From Candidatus Methylomirabilia bacterium (GTDB lineage Bacteria > Methylomirabilota > Methylomirabilia > Rokubacteriales > CSP1-6), in contig JBGQEL010000121.1 of the NCBI GenBank assembly GCA_041496385.1, positions 1 through 13,173 on the forward strand: a stretch of 13,173 nt of DNA, written 5' to 3'. Both the position numbers and the translations under genes were made by a program. Below the pieces are notes generated by a model. That model saw only the letters and a list, made by a program, of their open reading frames with translations, was not told where the DNA came from and ran no database searches. Within the stretch, counting starts at the first letter, position 1. The number at the start of each line of letters is the position of its first letter. This document shows, in pieces, positions 6,866 to 13,173 of the stretch.

Positions 6866-7740
6866 TGGACGTCCTCCTCATCCACGTCATCAACGCGCTG
6901 CTCTACGCGTCGGTCCTCTTCCTGATCGCCGGCGGCCTCAGCCTCATCTACGGCGTCATGCGCATCGTGAATCTGGCGCACGGCAACCTCTACGCCTTCG
7001 GCGCCTACGTGACCGCGTGGATGGTCGGGACCGTGGCGGCGGGCGCGCCGCTGCCCGTACTGCTGCTGCTCGTGCCGGCCGGGGCCCTCGCGGCGGCGCT
7101 CCTGGGCGCGGTGCTCGAGCCGACGCTGCTCCGGCCCTTCTACAAGCGCGCCGAGGAGTACCAGCTTCTCGTGACCTTCGGCCTCCTGATGATCCTGGAG
7201 GACGTGATGCGTTTTCTCTGGGGGCCGTACCCGCTCTCGGCGAGCACGCTGTTCGAGGGCTTCGGGAGTGTCCCGATCGGCGACTCGATCTACCCGACGT
7301 ACAACTTCCTCGTCATCGGCGTTGGTGCGGCGGCGGCGGCCTTCCTCTGGGCCTTCATCTACCGGACGCGGTTCGGCGTCGTGCTGCGCGCGACCTCGCA
7401 GAACATGCGCATGGCCTCCGCCCTCGGGGTCAACGTCAACCGCGTCTACGTCCAGGCGTTCACGCTCGGCTGCTTCATGGCGGGGCTCGGCGGCGCCATC
7501 GTCGTGCCGAGCCAGTCGGCGGTGCTCGGGATGGGCGTGGATGCGCTCGTCCTCTCCTTCATCGTGGTGGTGATCGGCGGGCTCGGGAGCCTCGAGGGCG
7601 CGCTGGTCGGCGCGCTCATCGTGGGCTTCGTTCGCGAGGCCGGCGTCGCCTGGTTCCCGGAGATCGAGCTCGCCGTCCTCTACCTCGCCGCGGCGATCGT
7701 GCTCCTCGTACGGCCCGCCGGCCTCTTCGGGCGGCCATGA
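6865..7740 (+). CDS. livH: Branched-chain amino acid-type ABC transporter permease (LivH-like)
   Basis: GLSLIYGVMRIVNLAHG, RTRFGVVLRATSQN, MASALGVN and VVVIGGLGSLEGA are canonical LivH motifs. Confidence 0.93.
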   Translation: MDVLLIHVINALLYASVLFLIAGGLSLIYGVMRIVNLAHGNLYAFGAYVTAWMVGTVAAGAPLPVLLLLVPAGALAAALLGAVLEPTLLRPFYKRAEEYQLLVTFGLLMILEDVMRFLWGPYPLSASTLFEGFGSVPIGDSIYPTYNFLVIGVGAAAAAFLWAFIYRTRFGVVLRATSQNMRMASALGVNVNRVYVQAFTLGCFMAGLGGAIVVPSQSAVLGMGVDALVLSFIVVVIGGLGSLEGALVGALIVGFVREAGVAWFPEIELAVLYLAAAIVLLVRPAGLFGRP

Positions 7741-8741
7741 GCACGCCCTCCGTGCTCCGTCCGTCCGGCGCGATCGCGCCCGCGCTCCGGATCGCCGTGC
7801 CGGTGGTCGTGCTCCTGGCACTCGTGCCGACGGTCCTGCCGCAGTACCAGGCGATCCTGCTCGCCTACGGTCTCGCGATGGCGATCGGCGCCCTGGGCTT
7901 CAACCTGCTGCTCGGGTACACGGGGCTCCTCTCGTTCGGTCACTCGGCCTACTTCGGCGTCGGCGCGTACGTGGTCGCGCTGATGGCGAAGTACCTCAAG
8001 GTCGGCTCGATGGAGCTCTTCCTCGTGGGCGCGATCCTGGGCTCGGTGCTCGTCACCGCCGTGTTCGGCGTCGTCTGCGTCCGGTACACGCGCATCTTCT
8101 TCGGCATCCTCACGCTCGCGCTCTCGCAGGTGCTCTGGTCGCTCGCGTTCAAGTTCTTCTGGGTGACGGGCGGCACCGACGGGCTGCGCGTGCCCACGCC
8201 CTCGCTCCTCGGCGGGCTCGTGACGGGCAAGGGCGACAAGACCGACTTCATGGTCCACGCGTACTACTACTACGTGCTCGCCATCTTCTGCGTCTGCGTC
8301 GCGCTCATGTGGGTCATCGTCAACTCGCCCTTCGGCAAGGCGCTCCAGGCGATCCGCGACAACGAGACGCGCGCGGAGTTCGTGGGCGTCCGGATCTGGC
8401 GCTACCGCTGGGTGGCGTTCCTCGTCTCGGGCGTCTTCACCGGGATCGCGGGCGCCCTCTGGGTGCCGCTCAACGGGCTCACGACGCCCGACATCATGCA
8501 CTGGACCTTCTCCGGCGAGATGGTCTTCATGACCGTGCTCGGGGGCTTCCGCTCGTTCGCCGGGCCGATCATCGGCGCGATCGTCTTCAACTACCTCAAG
8601 ACCTACGCCGTCGGCTACACGGTCTACTGGCAGCTCCTGCTGGGGGCGATCCTCGTGACGCTCGTGCTCTCGCTGCCCACCGGCATCGTCGGCGCCGCGG
8701 GCCGGCTCGCCGCGCGGTTCCAGAGGAGGAGCCAGCCGTGA
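7737..8741 (+). CDS. livM: Branched-chain amino acid-type ABC transporter permease (LivM-like)
   Basis: NLLLGYTGLLSFGHSAYFGVGAY, TGGTDGL, SPFGKALQAIRDNETRA and VLGG...GPIIGA. The true start is ATG 7737 in an ATGA overlap with the livH stop; the track start at 7017 is too far upstream. Confidence 0.93.
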   Translation: MSTPSVLRPSGAIAPALRIAVPVVVLLALVPTVLPQYQAILLAYGLAMAIGALGFNLLLGYTGLLSFGHSAYFGVGAYVVALMAKYLKVGSMELFLVGAILGSVLVTAVFGVVCVRYTRIFFGILTLALSQVLWSLAFKFFWVTGGTDGLRVPTPSLLGGLVTGKGDKTDFMVHAYYYYVLAIFCVCVALMWVIVNSPFGKALQAIRDNETRAEFVGVRIWRYRWVAFLVSGVFTGIAGALWVPLNGLTTPDIMHWTFSGEMVFMTVLGGFRSFAGPIIGAIVFNYLKTYAVGYTVYWQLLLGAILVTLVLSLPTGIVGAAGRLAARFQRRSQP

Positions 8742-9493
8742 GCCTCCTGGTCACGAAGGACCTCGTGAAGTGGTTCGGCGACACGCACGCGGTGGACCAC
8801 GTGAACTTCACGGTCCAGGAGAGCGAGGTCCTCGCCCTCATCGGCTCGAACGGGGCGGGCAAGACCACGCTCGTGAACCTGATCTCGGGCCTCTTCGCGC
8901 CCGACAGCGGCCAGATCCTTTTCCGCGACCAGGACGTGACGCGCCAGTCGGTGCACGGGCGGATCAAGGCGGGCATCGCGCGGAGCTTCCAGCTCGTAAA
9001 CCTGTTCGACCAGCTCTCGGCGCTCGACAACGTCGCGCTGACGATCTTCGCGCGCGAGGGCAAGACCACGCGGCTCATCTCGCTGGCGAGCGCCGATTCG
9101 GCCGTCTGGGACGAGGCGGTCGAGATCCTGCGCCTCTTCGGCCTCGAGCCGAAGGCCCGGATGCTCGCCGGTGGCATCTCGCAGGGTGAGCGCAAGCTTC
9201 TCGACGTCGCCGTGGCCTACGCGCTCCGGCCGAAGCTGCTCTTCCTGGACGAGCCGACGAGCGGTGTCAGCACGCGCGAGAAGGCGCCGATCATGGACAC
9301 GGTCACGTCCGTCGTGCGCTCGACGGGCATCTCGGCGGCGATCATCGAGCACGACATGGACGTCGTCTTCAACTACTCCGACCGCATCGTCGCGATGCAC
9401 CAGGGGACGATCCTGGCCGACGGGACGCCGGACGAGATCCGGCGCAACGAGGCGGTGATCACCACGCTCATCGGGACCACGGAGAGCCACTGA
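8738..9493 (+). CDS. livG: ABC transporter ATP-binding protein (LivG-like)
   Basis: Walker A GSNGAGKTT, GIARSFQ, signature ISQGERK, Walker B LLFLDEP, IEHDMD. GTG start at 8738 in a GTGA overlap, preceded by AGGAGGAG. Confidence 0.93.
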   Translation: MSLLVTKDLVKWFGDTHAVDHVNFTVQESEVLALIGSNGAGKTTLVNLISGLFAPDSGQILFRDQDVTRQSVHGRIKAGIARSFQLVNLFDQLSALDNVALTIFAREGKTTRLISLASADSAVWDEAVEILRLFGLEPKARMLAGGISQGERKLLDVAVAYALRPKLLFLDEPTSGVSTREKAPIMDTVTSVVRSTGISAAIIEHDMDVVFNYSDRIVAMHQGTILADGTPDEIRRNEAVITTLIGTTESH

Positions 9494-10194
9494 TGCTGGA
9501 GCTCGAGCGCGTCAACACGTTCCGCGGAGCGGCCCAGATCCTTCGCGACGTCTCGCTCCGCGTCGCCGACGGCGAGTCGGTCTGCCTCGTCGGGCGCAAC
9601 GGCGCCGGGAAGACGACGACGATCGACAGCATCATGGGGCTCCTCCCGGTGCGGTCGGGCCGCGTCGCCTTCCGCGAGCGGGACATCACGCGTCTGCCGG
9701 CCCACGCGCGGGCGCTGCTCGGCATCGGCTACGCCCCCGAGGATTGTGGGATCTTCCCGGACCTGTCGGTCGAGGAGAACTTCCAGATCACCGCGTGGCT
9801 CGCCCGGCCCGGCGCCGCGGGCGGCGGCGCCGACGAGCGCGTCTTCGCCGTCTTCCCTGAGGTGAAGGGCTTCATGACGCGCCGTGGACTGCACCTCTCC
9901 GGCGGTCAGAAGAAGATGGTCGCGATCACGCGCGCGATGACCCTCGCGCCCTCGATCCTGCTCCTCGACGAGCCGTTCGAGGGCCTAGCGCCGGTCGTCG
10001 TCACGCGCTTCATCGAGGCCGTGAAGGCGATCAAGGGCATGGGCATCTCCCTGCTCATCGCCGAGTCGAACCTCGTGAACGCGACGCGCGTGGCGGACCG
10101 GCTCTACGCGATCGACCGCGGCGAGATCATCTTCCACGGTGAGCCGCAGGCCGTGTTCCGCAACGAGGACGTCATGAAGACCATCCGCGGCTAG
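9493..10194 (+). CDS. livF: ABC transporter ATP-binding protein (LivF-like)
   Basis: GRNGAGKTT, GIGYAPE, IFPDLSVEEN, LSGGQKKM, LLLDEPFEGLAP. TGATG overlap with livG. Confidence 0.93.
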   Translation: MLELERVNTFRGAAQILRDVSLRVADGESVCLVGRNGAGKTTTIDSIMGLLPVRSGRVAFRERDITRLPAHARALLGIGYAPEDCGIFPDLSVEENFQITAWLARPGAAGGGADERVFAVFPEVKGFMTRRGLHLSGGQKKMVAITRAMTLAPSILLLDEPFEGLAPVVVTRFIEAVKAIKGMGISLLIAESNLVNATRVADRLYAIDRGEIIFHGEPQAVFRNEDVMKTIRG

Positions 10195-10200
10195 GCTCCG

Positions 10201-10965
10201 CTGGACACCCTGGTCCTCAAGCTGGTGCTGACGCCGGCCCTCATCGGGACGGCCAGCGTCGCCGGCCGCCGCTGGGGGCAGGGCGTGAGCGGCTGGCTCG
10301 TCGGGCTTCCGCTCACGTCGGGGCCGGTCGCGTTCTTCCTGGCGCTCGAGCAGGGCGTCTCGTTCGCCGGCGCGTCGGCCGGCGGCGCGCTCACCGGCGC
10401 GATCGCCGAGGCCGCGTTCTGCCTCGCGTACGGCCGACTCGCGTTCCGCGGCCGCTGGCCCGCGGCCCTGCTCGGAAGCTGTGCCGCGTTCGGCCTGGTC
10501 GCCCTGGTACTCCAGCCCCTGGCGCTCCCGCTCGCGTGGCTGTTCGCCGGCGCGGTCGGGGCCCTCGTGCTGGCCCGCAGCCTCATGCCGCGGGGATCGC
10601 GCGCCCGCGCCGCCGCGGTCCCGAACCGGTGGGATATTCCTGCGCGCATGGCGGTGACGACCGCGCTCGTCCTGCTGCTCACGTCGGCCGCGCCCGTCCT
10701 GGGCCCGCGGCTCGCCGGCCTGCTGGCGACGTTTCCGCTCTACGCCGCGGTCCTCACCGTGTTCGCGCATCACGTCGAGGGCCCCGCCCCGGCGGTCGAG
10801 GTGCTCCGGGGCTTGCTGCTCGGCCTCTTCGGCTTCGCGGGATTCTTCCTGGTCCTCGGCCTCCTGATCGAGCGCGCCGGCCTGGCCACGGCCTTCGGCG
10901 CCGCGACGGCCGTCGCGCTCGCGCTCCAGGCGGGCTCGCTCGCGCTGGTCCTCGGCCGGAAGTAG
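10201..10965 (+). CDS. Hypothetical polytopic membrane protein with two-fold internal repeat (possibly DUF3147/GlpM-like units)
   Basis: About 8 hydrophobic segments. The halves ASVAGRRWGQGVSGWLVGLPL and TSAAPVLGPRLAGLLATFPL align. The frame is open from 10195; the start is either CTG 10201 (LDTLVLKLVLTP) or GTG 10225. Confidence 0.7.
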   Translation: MDTLVLKLVLTPALIGTASVAGRRWGQGVSGWLVGLPLTSGPVAFFLALEQGVSFAGASAGGALTGAIAEAAFCLAYGRLAFRGRWPAALLGSCAAFGLVALVLQPLALPLAWLFAGAVGALVLARSLMPRGSRARAAAVPNRWDIPARMAVTTALVLLLTSAAPVLGPRLAGLLATFPLYAAVLTVFAHHVEGPAPAVEVLRGLLLGLFGFAGFFLVLGLLIERAGLATAFGAATAVALALQAGSLALVLGRK

Positions 10966-10974
10966 GCCGTTTGC

Positions 10975-10983
10975 TGCTATCAT
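10975..10983 (+). promoter_or_regulatory. Candidate extended -10 promoter (TGnTATCAT) for the carbamoyltransferase-amidase unit
   Basis: TGCTATCAT lies in a 28-nt intergenic gap, 10 nt upstream of GTG 10994. No SD is present. Confidence 0.5.
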
Positions 10984-10993
10984 CGGGTCCGTC

Positions 10994-12751
10994 GTGATCG
11001 TCCTCGGGATCAGCGAGACCCACTGCGCGACGGCGGCGGTCCTCCGCGACGGCGCCGTCGTCGGCTGCGCCTCCGAGGAGCGCTTCTCCCGGCTGAAGAA
11101 CGACGCGGGCTACCCGCGGCTGGCCATCGACGCGCTCCTGCGCGAGCTCCGCCTCGACCGCGGCGCGATCGACCTCGTGGTCCTCGCGGGCACGCAGATC
11201 CCCTCGTACGAGTGGATGAACCGGATCACGCGTGACGAGGCGTACACGCGGCGCTACTACGGCGTCGGCCTCGAGACGCCGCGGCGCGGCCTCACCGGGC
11301 GGGCGCGCAAGCTCGGCGCGCGGCTGGGCCTGCTCGACCCGGCGCCCGGCAAGGCGCCGCTCGCCGACGCCGAGCGGCGTGGCCTCGTCGCCGGCCACCT
11401 GGGCATCGCGGCCGAGCGCGTCCGGATCCTGGACCACCACACCTGCCACGCCGCCGCGGCGTACTTCGGCTCGCCGTTCGGCGGCCGTGAGGCGCTCGTG
11501 CTCACCAACGACAACTCGGGCGACGGCCTCTGCGCCACCGTGTCGACCGCGCGCGGCGTCGAGCTGGCGCGCCGCGAGGCGACGCGGAGCGGGCCCGGCT
11601 CGCTCGGCTCCTTCTACACGCTCGCCACGCTGCTCCTCGGCATGAAGCCCGGCGAGCACGAGTACAAGGTGATGGGGCTCGCGCCCTACGCCCCGGCGGC
11701 CGGCGCCGCGCGGGCGCTCGCCGCGCTCCGCGGCGTCTTCGATTTCGTGCCGGGCGCGCCGTGCCGCTTCGAGTGGAAGAAGCGCGGGCCGCTCTATCGG
11801 ACGCTGCTGGAGGCGACGCTCGGCTTGCGGTTCGACGCGATCGCCGGCGGCGCCCAGCGGCTCCTCGAGGAGGCGCTGCTCCAGTGGGCGCGGCTGGCGC
11901 ACGAGCGCCACGGCGGCGGGCGGCTCGTGCTGGGCGGCGGCGTGTTCATGAACGTGAAGGCGAACATGCTCCTCGCCGAGGAGCCCTGGGTCTCGGACCT
12001 CTTCGTCTTCCCCTCCTGCGGCGACGAGTCGAACGCCGTCGGCGCCGCCTACCTCGGCTACCTGGACCTCTGCGCGGGGCGGGGGATCGCGCCCGCGCCG
12101 CGGCCCTTCGGGCCCGCGTACCTCGGGACGTCGGTGGCCGACGCGGAGGTCGAGGCGCTCATCCGGACGCGCGACCTCGCCGCGCGTCACCGCGTGAGCG
12201 AGCCGCCGCGCATGGCGGAGCGGATCGCCGACCTGCTGGTCGCCGACGGCGTGGTCGCGCGCTGCGCCGGGCGCATGGAGTTCGGCGCGCGCGCGCTCGG
12301 CAATCGCTCGATCCTCGGGAATCCCTCCGATCATCGCGTGGTCGCCCTCATCAACCGGATGATCAAGAACCGCGATTTCTGGATGCCCTTCGCGCCCTCG
12401 GTGCTGCGCGAGCGCGAGGCCGACTATCTCGTGAACCCGAAGGGGCTCGCCTCGCCGTACATGATGCTCGCGTTCCCGACGAGCCCGAAGCGTCGCGACG
12501 AGATCGTCGCCGCGATCCATCCGCACGACGGCACCGCGCGCGCCCACATCGTGGACGAGGCGTGGAACCCCGAGTACCACGGGGTGATCCGGGAGTTCGA
12601 GGCGCGGACGGGCATCGGGGCCGTGCTCAACACCTCGTTCAACCTGCACGGCGAGCCGCTCGTCTGCTCGCCCGAGGACGCCGTGGACACCTTCGAGCGC
12701 TCCGGCCTGCCGCACCTGGCCCTCGGCCGCTTCCTGATCTCCAAGCGATGA
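10994..12751 (+). CDS. O-carbamoyltransferase, NodU/CmcH/TobZ family
   Basis: EERFSRLK, HHTCHAAAAY, EYKVMGLAPY, GGVFMNVKAN, PSCGDE, MEFGARALGNRSIL, IKNRDFWMPFAPS and LNTSFNLHGEPLVCSPEDA cover both the Kae1-like and YrdC-like domains. Confidence 0.93.
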   Translation: MIVLGISETHCATAAVLRDGAVVGCASEERFSRLKNDAGYPRLAIDALLRELRLDRGAIDLVVLAGTQIPSYEWMNRITRDEAYTRRYYGVGLETPRRGLTGRARKLGARLGLLDPAPGKAPLADAERRGLVAGHLGIAAERVRILDHHTCHAAAAYFGSPFGGREALVLTNDNSGDGLCATVSTARGVELARREATRSGPGSLGSFYTLATLLLGMKPGEHEYKVMGLAPYAPAAGAARALAALRGVFDFVPGAPCRFEWKKRGPLYRTLLEATLGLRFDAIAGGAQRLLEEALLQWARLAHERHGGGRLVLGGGVFMNVKANMLLAEEPWVSDLFVFPSCGDESNAVGAAYLGYLDLCAGRGIAPAPRPFGPAYLGTSVADAEVEALIRTRDLAARHRVSEPPRMAERIADLLVADGVVARCAGRMEFGARALGNRSILGNPSDHRVVALINRMIKNRDFWMPFAPSVLREREADYLVNPKGLASPYMMLAFPTSPKRRDEIVAAIHPHDGTARAHIVDEAWNPEYHGVIREFEARTGIGAVLNTSFNLHGEPLVCSPEDAVDTFERSGLPHLALGRFLISKR

Positions 12752-13173
12752 GCCCCGCCGACCTCTGCTACACGCCGGCAACGGAGCTGGCGCGCCTCAT
12801 CCGGGGCAAGCGGCTCTCGCCCGTCGAGCTCACGCGCGCGGTGCTCGACCGTATCGAGCGGCTCAACCCGCGGCTCAACGCCTTCTGCACGCTCACCGCC
12901 GAGGCTGCCCTCGCGGCGGCGCGCGCGGCCGAGGCCGCGGTGATGCAGGGCCGCCCGCTCGGGCCGCTCCACGGCATCCCGTTCTCGATCAAGGACCTCG
13001 CCCTCACCAAGGGCGTGCGGACGATGTCCGGATCGTTCATCTTCGCCGACCGCGTGCCCGACGTGGACGCGCCCTTCGTGCCGCGGCTCGCCGCGGCCGG
13101 CGGCATCATGGTGGGCAAGACGACGACGCCCGAGTTCGGCTGGAAGGGGCTCGGCGACAGCCCGCTCACGGGC
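12748..13173 (+). CDS. Amidase-signature family protein (GatA-like amidase); 3'-truncated by the window edge
   Basis: Not in the ORF track because there is no stop in the window. ATG 12748 is in an ATGA overlap. Translation: MSPADLCYTPATELARLIRGKRLSPVELTRAVLDRIERLNPRLNAF...GPLHGIPFSIKDL...GIMVGKTTTPEFGWKG, which includes the catalytic Lys motif. Confidence 0.92.
   Translation, partial: MSPADLCYTPATELARLIRGKRLSPVELTRAVLDRIERLNPRLNAFCTLTAEAALAAARAAEAAVMQGRPLGPLHGIPFSIKDLALTKGVRTMSGSFIFADRVPDVDAPFVPRLAAAGGIMVGKTTTPEFGWKGLGDSPLTG

Noticed and set aside
7017..7736. Apparent N-terminal extensions of LivM (from 7017) and LivG (from 8309) suggesting fusions
   Set aside because: They are off-frame overlaps with the preceding genes. 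The real starts are at the ATGA/GTGA overlaps (7737, 8738).
10754..12781. 675-aa minus-strand ORF
   Set aside because: Antisense shadow of the carbamoyltransferase.
12748..13173. Assigning gatA
   Set aside because: There is no gatC upstream, and the sequence has KTTTPEFG rather than GatA-type KTNxDEF, so it is a generic amidase.
1..13173. CRISPR arrays, tRNA/rRNA, IS elements, tandem repeat arrays
   Set aside because: The window is almost fully coding with intergenic gaps under 100 nt. I saw no spaced direct repeats, transposase/integrase motifs or RNA gene signatures by eye.

Overview
High-GC (~70% by eye) bacterial chromosomal segment; the gene style is reminiscent of Ca. Rokubacteria/Methylomirabilota, but that is only an impression. 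It has four blocks. (1) 1-2364 (+): the 3' end of an operon encoding a C-terminally anchored CuA-type cupredoxin (partial), a NapH/MauN-like polytopic 4Fe-4S membrane protein, and a second membrane-anchored cupredoxin-like protein with an elongated C-x10-C-x3-H-x2-M motif. (2) 2385-3068 (-): a convergent membrane protein with a C-x4-C motif. (3) 3159-10965 (+): a Liv/HAAT-type ABC importer (Tat-exported binding protein, livH/M/G/F-like genes) behind a TTGACA promoter carrying a FadR/GntR-type palindrome. A 747-aa secreted protein resembling family-5 (peptide/nickel) binding proteins sits inside this operon, coupled to livH, and a two-repeat membrane protein follows it. (4) 10994-end (+): a NodU/CmcH-family O-carbamoyltransferase coupled to an amidase-signature enzyme (partial, missing from the ORF track), probably from its own extended -10 promoter. 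I found no RNA genes, CRISPR arrays or mobile elements. The most novel-looking items are the oxidase-less CuA/FeS/CuA-variant module and the ABC system with two different classes of binding protein.
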